Assembly: GCF_006345805.1 (NCBI RefSeq)
Contig: NC_043022.1
Span: forward strand, 21,266,001 to 21,330,000
DNA length: 64,000 bases
Direction of reading: 5' to 3'
Source of the DNA: Octopus sinensis
Taxonomy: Eukaryota
The translations under genes were made by a program, and so were the position numbers. Positions 13,561 through 28,087 of the stretch are shown piece by piece; within the stretch, counting starts at the first letter, position 1, and each line of letters opens with the position of its first letter. The notes below the pieces were generated by a model. It searched no databases and was not told the DNA's origin. It worked only from the letters and a program-made list of their open reading frames with translations.

Positions 13561-13787
13561 AACCCTTTAATGTTCAGATTACTCTGTTAAATTTAATGCT
13601 TTTTCACTCAAATTGTTTTGAATTAATCACACATTATCTCATAGCTTTGAAGTTTCAGTGATGTGATTATTTATTTTTTAGAATGTCAATGTAGGTTAGG
13701 TGTGAGAGGCTAGATATGGCTAGTTCAAATATAAAACATGTAGAATATTTGGGCCAGATATGGCCGGTTTAAACACTAAAGGGTTAA
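13559..13787. mobile_element. piggyBac-like MITE
   Basis: TTAA|CCCTTTA ... TAAAGGG|TTAA; other copies at 53636-53864 and a tandem pair at 7876-8309. Confidence 0.7.
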
Positions 13788-14192
13788 GGAAGACTTGGGG
13801 GTTATTTACAACTGGTTGTGTGATATCCTGGAGGTTTTCTTATTGGCTGAACCAAATGTAGTATACATGTTTGAAAATAGTTGACATGAAATTTGAGTCT
13901 ACTGCGTCACAATAATTACAGTCTCAACCCATGAGACTCAAACGCTACTAGATTTTCTATCAAATAAAAAAGTCTACAGAAAGCAACAAGAACAACAAAT
14001 TATTCAGAATTATTCAGAAATAAACTTTGCAAAACATCATTATTCATGACTTCGTTTATAAAGTTTATATCCATGTTTTATAGATGCCAGCATGCATGGA
14101 AAACGGATGCTAAATGGTGATGGTGGTGATGAACGTGGTTGTGGTGGTGGTGGTGGTGGTGGTGGTGGTGATGATGATGATGGTGGTGGTGG

Positions 14193-14223
<31 letters not shown>

Positions 14224-14654
14224 GGCGGTGGTGGTGATGATGATGGTGATGATGATGATGATGATGACGACGACGATGACAACAATAACAGGCAGACAGA
14301 TCTCTCCTTTTATCTTCTTTTATTTGTTTCAGCGCCAGAGGTGATGGCCATACTGGAGCACTACCATTAGTGTGATTGCTTTATTTCAAACTCATTTTCT
14401 GGCCCTCTGGAATTGGCTCTGGTGAAGTATCAAGTTGAACAAAGGTGCCCTTTCTTGCCACAAGGTGGGTTCATCTGGTGTCACAGATGAGAATACACTT
14501 AAATGATTGTTAAACATATCAACATATAAGCCTTATAGATCTCTCAGGGTCTTTTTGGCAACGTAGTGAAACATTGCAGTCCCTTAAACCCTAAGTTCTG
14601 TGTGTGTGCATGCGCGCATGCACGCACATGTGCACAAGTACATGTATTTATGTG

Positions 14655-14719
<65 letters not shown>

Positions 14720-17021
14720 GACAGGCTTCTTTCAGTTTCTCTCTGCCAAATCCACTCTCAAGGCTTTGGTTGGGCCAAGGCTATAGTGGAAGACACTTGC
14801 CCAAAGTGCCATGCAGTGGTACTGAACCCTGAACCATGTGGTCAGGAAGCTAACTTCATACCACACAGCCACACCTTCACCAATGCATATGTCTGTGTGT
14901 CTGTGTGTATGCACACACACACACACACACACACACATCCAAACACACACACATAAAATCATCAGTAGCAGTTCAATGTCCACTTTTCCACACTTGAAAG
15001 GGTCAGATGTGACAGTGCTGGAGCATAGTTTCTATGGGCTGACACCCTTCCTGATACCAACCCCCAGTTGTTTCCAAGCAAGGTAATAATCTCTTGGTCT
15101 CACAAACAATGAACAGCCCCGGCATGGTTACATGGGGAACTGGCAACAAATGATACCATACAAATGAGCCTTTTGTTTACAAAGATTGCATAACATGTCA
15201 AGAAGGCTGGACTTCTTTTAACAGTGGACTGCAAGCAAATGACACCTTCCAAAAACTGTCAGCAAACCTGTTGTTTACAATTGGCAAAGGCCTACGAAGA
15301 ATAGAAAAATGAGTTCATTCACACACGTAGGCGTGTGTACGTGTGCATGCATGCACACACTGAGTTGAATGGATTATCATCATAGAAGGGAGGTGTTTTG
15401 CTTCTTTGATCTACATTACAGTGACAATTATATTTCATGTCTGAATCTTGCAAATCACATTGAGAATATGCAAATAGTCATTCATGGTCTCGCTGTACAA
15501 AGTGCAAACAATGATTTTGTGTATGCGTGTGTGTGTGAGAGAGAGAGAGGAGAGAGAGGGAGGGAGAGAGAGAGGGGGAGAGAGAGAAGGGTTGTAGATT
15601 GCAAAATGATATAAAATGAATGAATAGGTGGGTGTTTGTTCCTTCTCGAGCCACGCCTGGCTCATAAGGACCGGTTTCCCGGTTTCCTTGGCGTATAGGT
15701 TCCCCACCTGGATGGGACGCCAGTCCGTCGTAGGTGAGCTGCAAGATGCAGGAGGGAAGAGTGAGAGAAAGTTGTGGCGAAAGAGTCAGCAGAAGTTTGC
15801 CATTACCTTCTGCCGATGTCGCGTGGAGCTTAGGTGTTTTGCTCATGAACACACACATTGCCCGGTCTGAGATTCAAACCCGCGATCCCTCGACCGTGAA
15901 TCCGCTGCTATAACCACTAGGCCATGTGCCCCCACAATAGATGGGTGGGTTTGGAGTGACACATTTTAATCTATGATGATGATGATAATTATTATTAACA
16001 TTTCTTTATTAACCACAAAGGGTTTACATTAAGAAAAACATTAAGGAGTGCACAGGACAAATGCAATGTGGGGTTACATGAAAGTTGAGTAAACAATGAA
16101 AAACAATCAAATATAACAACAAAATTCCTCAAATTTATCGACCCCGAAAGGATGAAAGGCAAAGTCGACCTCGGCGGAATTTGAACTCAGAATGCAGTGG
16201 CGGACGAAACACCCCTAAGCAGTTCGCCCAGCGTGCTAACATTTCTGCCAATATCACTGAAAGAGAACAAAAGTGAATATGACAGCATACGTTATGTTTG
16301 TTTTAACATGTTTGTACTATGGCATGTTTGTTTTATAACTCTTCTCTCCGTAAATCTTTCAATTTCAATTTCAACTCAAAATCTTGAACTAAAGCCATTA
16401 TTTTCAATTTTAGTCAGGCCATAAAAAAAATTCTTGAGGCATGCTACTGCTTGTTGTGCTCAGAAAGATAGCAACACAACAGTAACTACACTTTGTAAAT
16501 TGCTGGCTTCCACATAAAGTCTACATATTTTGGTTTTATTTTATATCACAATTTGGGAACAATAGCAATCATTGGCTACAGATACTGAAAGAGTTAATCA
16601 CTGGTTTCTAACAATCACACAGCTTCTAAATCACACAGCAAGAGTGAGAATGGAAGGTCTATGCCACTAGGTGCAGAACTAATGCCAAGAGGGAATTTTG
16701 TGTGAAGGTCATCCATTATCCAATTGTCTTGCTAATGTTTATATCCACTGTTGACACGTATATGTTCAAATGTTGGTGTGAGTTGACCAACAGAGAGTGT
16801 GAATACTCAGTACAATGTTATAACATGCACTGGTTTTTCAAATGAACATATATCTAGTGATCTGAGTTTCACAGTGTTGCAATCTTCAGACAAGTTGACC
16901 CGAGTACTGTTCTCCTTTGAGGGTCACATCAATGTGAAACTCAAATCAGGGGATAAATATCCACTTCAAATAAAACTCTGTGGGCAACCAGGAGCAACAG
17001 AATTCAATATACTAAGTAAAG

Positions 17022-17057
<36 letters not shown>

Positions 17058-17060
<3 letters not shown>

Positions 17061-17284
17061 GGCAAGCTGGCAGAAACGTTAGCACGCCGGGCGAAATGCT
17101 TTGCGGTATTTTGTCTGTCATTAGGTTCTGAGTTCAAATTCTGCTGAGGTCGACTTTGCCTTTCATCCTTCGGGGTCGATAAATAAAGTACCAGTTATGC
17201 ACTGGGGTCGATGTAATCGACTTAATCCCTTTGTCCGTCCTTGTTTGTCCCCTCTATGTTTAGCCCCTTGTGGGGAGTAAAGAA

Positions 17285-17288
<4 letters not shown>
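17058..17288 (+). mobile_element. SINE family A copy inserted in a (TA)n tract
   Basis: Full-length; (TA)n on both sides. Confidence 0.85.
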
Positions 17289-17324
<36 letters not shown>

Positions 17325-17598
17325 ACTTTAAAGTTTTGAAAAAAGTCAGCAATTTGAAGGGAGAGGGTAAGTCAATTACATTGACCCAGTGATCAACTGG
17401 TATTTATTTCATTGACTCCCAAAGCATGAAACTCAGAATGTAAAGACAGACAAAATGCCGCTAATGATTTTGCCCAGCATGCTAACAATTCTACCAAGTC
17501 ACCGCCTTATTAAAGCAATAAATATTAATTATTTAGCTGTAAAGTTATATAAAAGACTCGTTTTTAGTTTGATAAGTGCCATACATGCAATTCTAGAC

Positions 17599-18181
17599 CA
17601 TTGGTTCTCAATTGGGGTCCATATGGCCCATGGTGGGGTCCATATAAGATTTTGTTTTTTAAAATTCATCTGCAATAAATTGGTTGTACTTCTACATAAC
17701 AAAGAAAATATTATACAATTCCTTATAATATTTAACTATAAAAATATAGTGCTAGTGCATGCATATGCAGCTGCGTGTGTGCACACATACATGCGAGTAC
17801 TGTCCAAATCTCCAACCAATCACATACAGCTAGCTGGCATTTAATTGGTGTATCAAGTTTTGGGCATTTTGATTGGGTTTTGGATAGAAAATTCACAAAA
17901 AAGTCACTTCTATTGATTGTATATGGCTTTGCGAGGTGACTGGGGAAATGTAAAGATGTGCACGACCACCCTTGGATGGTTTTGAATGATCAGAGAAAGT
18001 GCGAGCCCTCTAACTGAAAAATTGTGGATTTGTATAAAGGATACACAGACACACACACAGACATTTTGCCGTTTATATATATAGAGATGTTTTTGTTTTT
18101 TTTATATGCATCAAATGGCTATGGAGGCTCAATAGAGTAAAATAGGAATTACAGGGGTCCTGTAATGGTTGAGAACCACTG
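17599..18181. mobile_element. hAT (Charlie-like) MITE with a nested insertion
   Basis: TIRs CATTGGTTCTCAA / TTGAGAACCACTG; 8-bp TSD TTCTAGAC / CTGTAGAC. Confidence 0.8.
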
Positions 18182-18873
18182 CTGTAGACCCTCAAGTCAC
18201 TGATGCAACCCCACACTAAATGATAAAGTGTATAGTGTATAGTGTGTGTGTGTGCATGCACGCGTATGTGCATGTGTGAGCATGCATGTGCTTGTTTGCA
18301 CATACTTGCAACAGACATCTGTACAGTTCACACCTACCGAATTCCACTTACAAGACATTAGCAAACTGGTAGACACAATTTGACAGAAGTGCCATATTAT
18401 AATGGGATGAAACCCAGACCTAAATATTTGTGAAACCAATTTCTGAAACATGCCGCAATATTTGTACGAAAGAAAATTCTTATGTTTGCATAATTTAATC
18501 AGATCTGGAAAAAATGTTTTTCCATTCTTTCCATGAGATTTTTTTTTCTTTTTCTTTTTTTTTTTTTTTTTTTTTGCTGGCAGTTATCAAATTTCATGCT
18601 CCATATTAAATAGAAAGCCAACCAACAAAACCAAGCAGTAATTGCTTCATCAATTAAACCATCTTATCTCTTGTGAGCAAGAAATAAATAAATAAAAACA
18701 ATAATAATATTTATTTAACATTATCATCAGCTTTCAAAAGTAAATTTTTGAAAAATTCTGACTTAAAACAACTGGGGTCTAACTACTGTTATTAAAGGGT
18801 CTGTCTTGGCAGGGAATTAACAGATGCTGTTACTAGGCTTGTTGTTGCACAAGTAATTCTAAAGACATCAATG

Positions 18874-19335
18874 CCACCACCACCACCACCACCACCACCA
18901 ACACCACTACCACCGCCGCTACAGCTACTGACATCACCACCACCACCTCCACCATCACCATCAGCACCACCACAACCACCACCATCAGCATGACCACCCT
19001 CAGCAGCACCACCACCACGACCATCCTACCACTGCCACCACAACCACCCCACCACTGCCACCACATCACTACCACCACTGCCATCACCACCACCACTGCC
19101 ACCACCACCACCACTGCCACCACCACCACCACTGCCACCACCACCACCACTGCCACCACCACCACCACTGCCACCACATCACTGCCACCACCACCACCAC
19201 TGCCACCACCACCACCACCACCACTGCCATCACCACCACTGCTGCCACCACAACCATACCACCACTGCCGCCACCACAACCATACCACCACTGTCACCAC
19301 CACCACTGTCACCACCACCACTGCCACCACCCAAT
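18874..19335. repeat. (CAC)n-based compound repeat
   Basis: Direct reading; CACCACCACCACTGC subunit. Confidence 0.9.
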
Positions 19336-19719
19336 AACAATGACAAAGGGGTTTCTGACAATATATAGAGAGTGGGGATGTATAGCAAATATGGTAAACA
19401 GTTACATGAAACAGCAAATGATTTACATTGAAATAATCTTCCTACTATGGGGACAGCAACCTAAGACCTTACATGGAGCCCCCACACATTCCACTGGGAG
19501 CAAGTTTCCTCTTCTAGCTGATGTCTCCTACCTGCAGCCACATTTCCACACTAGCCCCACCCCTCATCAATCAGGTCCTACACACAAATCACACACACCG
19601 TTTTGCAAATTCACTGCAGGAAAGTACTTCTCTCACCAGTCTCAGTTTTCTCAATGATGATGATGGTGGTGGTGGTGGTGATGGTGATGCTGCTTCTGTT
19701 GTTGTTGGTGGTGGTGGTT

Positions 19720-20090
19720 TGTTTGTTTCTTTGTTTGTTGAGCAAAGCGGTCTTCGTGGGAGAAGTCCGAAATGTGGTCCTTTGCTATTCGTAAGACCCG
19801 CAGAAGAGAAAGCAGGTCAACCCCCGACACCGAGAGCATCAACGGATGGATGAATGCGCATCCAGGCTCAACGGTTGCGTAGGAAGTCGGAGACAAGAAA
19901 CAGGAAGAAAGAGTGAAAGAAAGTTGGAGCGAAAGAGTACAACAGGGATCGCCACCACCCCCTGCCGGAGCCTCGTGGACCTTTAGGTGTTTTCGCTCAA
20001 TAAACACACACAACGCCTGGCCTGGGAACCAAAACCGCGATCCTCCAACTGCGAGTCCGCTGCCCTAACCACTGGGCCATTGTGCCTCCA
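19720..20090 (-). mobile_element. tRNA-derived SINE family C, long form with (CAAA)n tail
   Basis: Head GGAGGCACAATGGCCCAGTGGTTAGG; homologous to 59056-59460. Confidence 0.8.
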
Positions 20091-20654
20091 CTGCTGCTGC
20101 TGTTGTTGTTGTTACAGGGATGTAAATATACCAACATCGGTTGTCAAGTGATGGTGGGGAGACTAACAAAGACACATATGCATAAATATACACGGCAAAA
20201 GAGATCAATAAGATAACTACTAGGCTTTCAAAAAATAAGTCCTGGGGTCAATTTCTTCAACTAAAATCCTTTAAGGTGGTGCTCCAGCACAGCCACAGTC
20301 AAATGACTGAAACAAGTAAAAGAATAAAAGAATAATCTATCTCAACAAGGACAAGGCAAATCAATGAGATATTGTTGTAAAGGGCCACTAAGAAAGGAAG
20401 CACCCCCTCATCATAGTATTTGTCCTGACAGATGATGATGATGATGATGATGATCCTTTCTACTGCAGACACAAGAACTGAAATTTTGGGGGAAGGATAA
20501 GTCAATTACATTGACCCCAGTGTTTGACAGGTACTTATTTTATCGAACCCCAAAAGGATGAAAGGCAAAGTCAACCTCAGCAAAGTTTGAACTCGGAATG
20601 TAAAGATGACAAAATACCACTAAGCATTTCTCTCAACGCGCTAAAGATTCTGCC

Positions 20655-20693
<39 letters not shown>

Positions 20694-20819
20694 CCACAAA
20701 GAAATGTAAAGGTTATCCTAATGTAAAGATTTGGAAATAGAGAAGACTCATATTTCATCTGTGACACCAGATGAACCTACCTTCTAGTAAGAAATACGAA
20801 GAAGGTCACCTTTTGACCA

Positions 20820-21095
20820 ACTTAATGTGGGTGCCGGAAGGCAGAAATAATCCCTTTAACAATAGGGGCCTTGATAAGGATAATAGAGAAAAACATGTTG
20901 AGAAACAAGTAACTAAAACACCAGGACTTACAAACATGCACGACATGGAGAAGATCACACTACTAGACAATGGACATATACTAGGTAGACTACGGTCAAT
21001 ACAATAGAAAATGCAAAACCCAAATGAAATACTGTGCATACCTAAGGCTTACTGAGTTGCACTCTGTGATTCAGTGAAAACACACAATAAAAATA
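20820..21095 (+). mobile_element. R4/Dong-like LINE 3' fragment
   Basis: PGLTNMHDMEKITLLDNGHILGRLRSIQ resembles the KITLLGTAHILR C-terminus of restriction-like-endonuclease R4/Dong elements; AATAAA-rich end. Confidence 0.55.
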
Positions 21096-21606
21096 AGAGT
21101 ACTGAAGAACAACAGCAAAAACAGAAAGAGGGCAATCGCGAGATAAGGAAAATCATATGGTTTTTAGGAGATTGTTTACTTGAAAGTAGGTGACCGTACA
21201 GAGTTCACAAAAGAGGGGCTTTCAGTGGTTAAGGACATACAGCTGTAAAAACATTTCCTTCATTTCATAAATATACCAAAAACATTCTACACATGCCAAC
21301 ACAGAAATTAACATAAGGCAAATTATATCAAGAAAAATAACTTCTCATTTTACTCAAATTTGGATTTATTTAATTTTAACTACAAAATTCCATGCTTAAA
21401 TTATGCTGATTATTATGTCTTTGAAAAAGCTCACACATATATACCAAAGAGAGCAAGTGTATGTATATGTGCGTGCAAACGTTCTAAGTGTTAATACATC
21501 AAAGACACAGAGAAACTACAGAGAGAAACAGAACGAGAGAGAGAGAGAGAGAGAGAGAAAATTCATATGAAAATTATGAATTACTAAAACATGAAACACA
21601 CACATA

Positions 21607-21639
<33 letters not shown>

Positions 21640-21749
21640 AAGACAGAGAGAGAGAGAGACTATGTATGTGAGTGTGTATATTCTAATTATTAAAACATAA
21701 TTTAATATTTCAAAATGGTTAATAGAAAGTGTAACAGTAAATGTGTATG

Positions 21750-21756
21750 TGTGTAT

Positions 21757-21810
<54 letters not shown>

Positions 21811-22002
21811 TATATATGCATATATATGCATATATATATGTATATATATATGTATATATACATATACATATGCATATATATATGTATATATATATATATG
21901 TATATATACATATACATATGCATATATATATGTATATATATATATATGTATATATATATATGCATATATATATGTTATATATATATGTATATATATATAT
22001 GC

Positions 22003-22071
<69 letters not shown>

Positions 22072-22146
22072 AACATATATATATGCATATATATATATAT
22101 ACACATATACAAATGCATATATATATATATATAAACACATATATGC

Positions 22147-22189
<43 letters not shown>

Positions 22190-22190
22190 T
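21750..22190. repeat. Compound (TA)n/(CA)n microsatellite
   Basis: Direct reading; similar tracts at 26095-26675, 44800-45320, 47480-47790 and 50570-50750. Confidence 0.9.
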
Positions 22191-22734
22191 ATGCACACTT
22201 GCATGTAAGTGATATTACCAAATATCTAATGGATATGTTATACGCACACCCATATCTGAGAGAGGAGGCTGAGGGTGAGTGGACGGAGAAAAATGGGTGG
22301 TTTTATGGCTTTATTACATGAAAAGATTAGTGTGCTCAATATACAGTATTAGAAAGATCAATAAACTACATCACTTCATCAATACCGTGGTCTCTTCACT
22401 GCGACATAACTGAATGAATGTCAGTCTGAATGGAGGGAGATGGGTGATGTCAGAATGGAACCTGTCATCTCTATCATCAGTATCTTCTCAGACAGATGTC
22501 CACAAGAGATACTAATGTAAAAGCATGGTATCATAATAATAGGATAATTGATTTATCCAAAACCCAAACACAAACGCACACATGCCAACAAGAGGCCTTT
22601 ATGTGGTTGCTCAAACTGCAAGAAATATCAACTAAATTCTCCTCAAATCAAATCCTCACTCTACCAGTTTTAACCCTTTAGCATTTAAGCCACCCATGTC
22701 CAACCCAAACATTCTTCTTGGTTTATATCTCTAG

Positions 22735-23115
22735 GCACAGGAGTGGTTGTGTGGTAAGTAGCTTGTTTACCAACCACATGGTTCCGGGTTCAGTCCCACT
22801 GCGTGGCACCTTGGGCAAGTGTCTTCTACTATAGCCTTGGGCTGACCAAAGCCTTGTGAGTGGATTTTGTAGACGGAAACTGAAAGAAGCCCGTCGTATA
22901 TATGTGAGTTTGTATGTCTGTGTTTGTCCTCCCAACATCGCTTGAGAGCCGATGCTGGTGTGTTTACGTCCCTGTCACTTAGCGGTTCAGCAAAGAGACC
23001 AATAGAATAAGTACTGGGCTTACAAAGAATAAGTCCCGGGGTCGAGTTGCTCGATTAAAGTCGGTGCTCCAGCATGGCCGCAGTCAAATGACTGAAACAA
23101 GTAAAAGAGTAAGAG
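22735..23115 (+). mobile_element. SINE family B copy
   Basis: Sequence match. Confidence 0.85.
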
Positions 23116-23566
23116 TATATATACACACACCACACACACACACGTCTTGATTATAACCAAACATGTTCACTCAACCATATCGGCCCTCTTTTTAGATGCA
23201 AAATATACTGTCACATGACATAGCAGGAAATGTATAAAAGGTTATAAAATCAATCATTCTCTAAAAACACACTCAACAGAAAACATGCAGAGCATTGATT
23301 GTCTAGACTTGTTCAGTCAACCGTGTCATCCTTAACTTACAACACCAAACACTGTCACTTGATACTAACCTACAAAACTTTCTAAGACCAGTCACGTGAC
23401 TATCGTCTACCAATCAAATCCTATTCAAAGCATATACTAATTTGAGCCATGAACCCCCTATAAAAACAGGGCAAACTTCAAACACTAGTCAGAAAAACAT
23501 ACACAATAAGTACAGGACATCACCAACAAGTGAAAAATACGAGAGAAAAGTACAGAACAAAATACC

Positions 23567-23801
23567 TATTTCTTTACTACCCACAAGGGGCTAAACACAG
23601 AGAGAGGACAAACAAGGACAGACAAACGGATTAAGTCGATTACATCGACCCCAGTGTGTAACTGAAACTTAATTTATCAACCCCGAAAGGATGAAAGGCA
23701 AAGTCGACCTCGGCAGAATTTGAACTCAGAACGTAGCGGCAGACAAAATACCGCAAAGCATTTCGCCCGGCGTGCTGATGATTCTGCCAGCTTGCCGCCC
23801 T
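23567..23801 (-). mobile_element. SINE family A copy
   Basis: 14-bp TSD CAGAACAAAATACC at 23553-23566 and again just after the element. Confidence 0.9.
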
Positions 23802-24469
23802 CAGAACAAAATACCAAAAGAAGAAAACACCTCATCAGTTGTCAGACTGTTTACAACTCCTATTTCATGCTTTTAACGACAATATAGGAAACTTCACAAG
23901 ACATATTTTTCACTCGGTGATGCACTGTACTTAATATCTATGTTTTTGGCATTTTTCTCTCACGTGTTTACGTGTTTTTCACTCATTGGTGATGCCCTGT
24001 ACACAATGTGTATTTCTCATTTTATTTATTTATTATTGAAAGCCATGCAGCCTTGACCACAGTAAGTTCTTGCTTTTATATATAATTTCTGTGACTGCAC
24101 ACTGATTTCTTTCTTGCTCTCCATCCCACAATAACCTTCTTTTTTTTTTTTTTTTGCTCCCTTTTAAAACCTAGCCAGGCTCAGGGGCCCAGTTTCTATG
24201 GCGTATGTGTTCCCCAGCTGGATGGGACGCCAGTCCATCACAGCGTTACTCATTTTTGCCACCTGAGTGGACTGGAGCAACGAGAAATGAAGTGTTTTGC
24301 TCAAGAACACAACGCGTCGCCTGGTCCAGGAATTGAAACCACAGTCTTACAATCAAGATGCTGACACTCTAACCACTAAGCCACGTGCCTCCACATAACC
24401 TTCCTTACTTCCCCTATCTGTCTCTCATCCACGTCTCACTATCTGTCATTCTTTCTCCCTCCCCCTCAC

Positions 24470-24648
24470 AAACAAGGATAGACAAAGGGATTAAGTCGAT
24501 TACATCGACCCCAGTACACAACTGGTACTTAATTTATCGACCCCCGAAAGGATAAAAGGCAAAGTCGACCTCGGCAGAATTTGAACTCAGAGCGTAACAG
24601 CAGACGAAATACTGCTAAGTGTGCTAACATTTCTGCCAGCTCGCCTTT
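24470..24648 (-). mobile_element. SINE family A copy (3' truncated)
   Basis: Sequence match to family A. Confidence 0.8.
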
Positions 24649-25199
24649 GTATGTATATGTTTGTGGTATGTATATGTTCGTGGTGTGTGCCATATTTGGC
24701 AGTGCATGCCTGATATAAAGTGCAACCCCAGTTACAAGAATATTTTGCAGACAAAAGTACAATTTTAGTCAACACTTCATCATGATTAAGTGATTTCAGC
24801 GTGGTTTTTCAAAGGAAAACATATTTTTGTGCATTGAAATGCAATATATACTAGAATCATGTCTGAAATGATACACAATAACATTATACTGACTATTAAG
24901 GCAAAATAAATTACACTTATTATAAGTGAAAATAAATTCCATACATTGCTATCAGTCAAAACCAGTACCTGCAGACAAAGCAAATTTATCAGTGAAAACT
25001 GGAACAAAGCAAGCAGCAAGATACAATAAATGTGAATTCCTTGCACACAAAGCAAATATTTCATTAATATTAGTCCACAGCAAGCAACAAGAAGCATTTT
25101 AATAGAAACTGGTAATTCAGAGAACAGAATAGGCTACATAACAACCAGTAAAGTACAATAAAATTGAAAGAAAAAAATAAAACTAGTTTGAGGTTTATT

Positions 25200-25390
25200 T
25201 AATCATCAGTTGCAAAACCCAGGAAATTATCATCTTCAGAACTGAATAAACTAGCATCCTCAAAGCCTGAGAACTCATTGTTGGTGCTGGCATGCTCTCT
25301 TTATCAAAGGAATTCTCTTGTAATAGGATCTGGAACATTAATATTTTCTTTGAACAATAATGGTCTTCAGTAACATCAAGGACATTATGA
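25200..25390 (-). pseudogene. pogo/Tigger-like transposase C-terminal relic
   Basis: SIHNVLDVTED (cf. GISNALDGTEDD) then, frameshifted, NEFSGFED..SEDDNFLGFATDD*. Confidence 0.5.
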
Positions 25391-26259
25391 ATGCTGTGCC
25401 GGTTTCGTTTGTTTACATTTTTTTTTAAACCACAGGAAGGTGCTAAGGAGTTCCTGGTTTGAAGAGCATTGTGAAAGGCAAGGTTGGAGGCCCAAACTTC
25501 CAGGTTTTTTTTTACGGGGCTTAGAAAAACAGAAGGACCACTGCAACACGTTTGTGCATCTGAGAGGGGAAGTAGTTGAATAAAATCATAATTAACTTAT
25601 TCTCCTGTATTTTCTTTTACCCAAAGCCAGGAACTTTTCAGCATGCACTGGTGCACACACACACACACACACATATCATCATCATGGTCATCATGATCAT
25701 CATCGTTTAATGTCTGTTTTCCATGCTAGCATGGGTTGGACGGTTCGACCATATATATATATATACATACATATATATATATACATACATACATATATAC
25801 ATACATATATATATATACATACATATATATACATACACACACACATATATATATATATATATGTTATAGAGTGTTAGGTGTGATGTAGAGAATTGAATAT
25901 TGAGAAAAAAAGTTGTCAAAATTTTTTTGGGGAAAAAATCCTTTTATGTCTTCATCATTATTAGCGCTTTCATTCCTCTCTAGAACTTGTCAAATACAAT
26001 TTTGTATTTGACAAGTTCTAGAGAGGAACAAATGTGTTAATAATAATGAAGAAATAAAAGGATTTTTTTTCCAAAATTCTGCTGACTTTTTTTCTATATA
26101 TGTGTGTTGTGTGTCTGTGTATATGTATATATACACATATATATATACACAGATATATATATATATATATATGCATACATATATATACATATATGTATAT
26201 ACATATATATATGCATATACATACATACATATATATATATATACATATATATATGTACA

Positions 26260-26290
<31 letters not shown>

Positions 26291-26361
26291 GTATACACAC
26301 ACACACCACACACATATATACATTTATATACATGTATGTATATATATATATATATATATAT

Positions 26362-26396
<35 letters not shown>

Positions 26397-26626
26397 CACA
26401 TTTATATATACATACATACATACACATACATATATATACATACAGATATATATACACACATATACATATATACATATATATATACATATGCATACATATA
26501 TACATACATATACATACATATATATATATACATACATACATACATACATACATACATACATTCATATATACACATACATATATATACACACACACACACA
26601 TATATATGTATATATATATACATATA

Positions 26627-26674
<48 letters not shown>

Positions 26675-26746
26675 AATTAGAAACGAATTTGAAATCAAGT
26701 GATACATTAAAACTAAAGGAAAAGGATTTTTAAAAGTGAATTAAAA

Positions 26747-27086
26747 CAGTGGTTCTCAACTGGGGTCCATATGGCCCCTAAAGTTCCATATAAGATTTTA
26801 TGGGGTTCACATAACAAAATAGTAAATTAAAGACACAAAATAGTATTTTGAGGGCCCCTGACAAAAATTTGCTTTAGATGTATGTATTGGTATGTATTGC
26901 GAGAAACAGATAGGTTTCTTTCTCTAACATTTTGCAATGTTCAACCTACCCAAGTTAAAGTGTGAAAAATATAATTGGAACTTTGAAAGAAGTATCTATA
27001 AAATTTGTTTTTAAACATTGAATGGTTATGGGGAATAAAATAGTAATCAAAGGGGTCCATAGGTAAAAAATAGTTGTGAACCTCTG
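26747..27086. mobile_element. hAT MITE of the same family
   Basis: Starts CAGTGGTTCTCAAC; 8-bp TSD AATTAAAA / AATTAGAA. Confidence 0.8.
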
Positions 27087-27771
27087 AATTAGAAAGTAAA
27101 AAGAAGACAAGTCTAAACTTATCACATCATATGTAAATTATCCTATACTAATTACTAATGTAGCAAGGATGGCATGTATGAATGACGAAGCCACCTTGAG
27201 CATAATCCTATGAACCCGAAAATTTTAAACAGAGGGTTACCTACTTGCAAACAAATGTGGTAACATGTAACAATATTGACTGAGGTTACCGTAGTCTTTT
27301 CTGTAGACTTTTCTTCCCACGGATAAACCTTATCTGCTTCCCCCTTTACACCTTACATCATGACACTGTGATACACGATCCCAATTGATGGTTTTTTTCC
27401 CTTTCCTTTTATTTTTTCTTTTGTTTCTCTTCCTTTTTTTCTTCTTTCCCTTTTGATCAAAAACCTACCCCCCCCCCACAAAAAAAAGAAAAGCTCTACT
27501 TTGTAATCTGTCCCGTCTGTGTGCAGCCCTGTGTGGCTAATAAAGAAACATATCCTATACTAATTACAGTTTTACAGTCTAAGTTCAAATTCTGCAGAGG
27601 CCAACTTTGCCTTTCATTCTTTCAGGGTTGATAAAGTACTAGCTGAACACTTTGCCTTCCTCTGAGCTTCCTGGCCTTGTGTCAAAATTTGAAACCATTA
27701 TTATTTTTATTCTTATTATTACTATTATCATCATCATCATCATCAACATTATTATCTATTTATTTATTCAA

Positions 27772-28087
27772 TATACAGCTGCATGCGTGCGCACATACAC
27801 GCGAGTACTGTCCAAATCTGCGACCAATCACATACAGCTAGCTGGCATTCAATTGGCGTATCAAGTTTCAGGCATTTTGATTGGGTTTTGGATAGAAAAT
27901 TCACAAAAAAGTCACTTCTATTGATTTTTTGATGGCTTTGCGGGGTGATTGGGGAAATTTAAAGATGTGCACGACCACCCTTGGATGGTTTTGAACGATC
28001 ATAGAAAGTGCGAGCCCTCTAACTGAAAGATTGTGGATTTGTATAAAGGACACACACACAGACATTTTGCCGTTTATATATGTAGAG
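27772..28087. mobile_element. ~320-bp dispersed repeat, possibly Helitron/Helentron-derived
   Basis: High similarity to 17755-18085; ends (CA)n-CAGACATTTTGCCGTTTATATATRTAGAGA; no TIR or TSD evident. Confidence 0.55.

Noticed and set aside
21574-26733. Many YI/CV/HT-rich ORFs here and elsewhere in the track
   Set aside because: Translations of (TA)n/(CA)n microsatellites.
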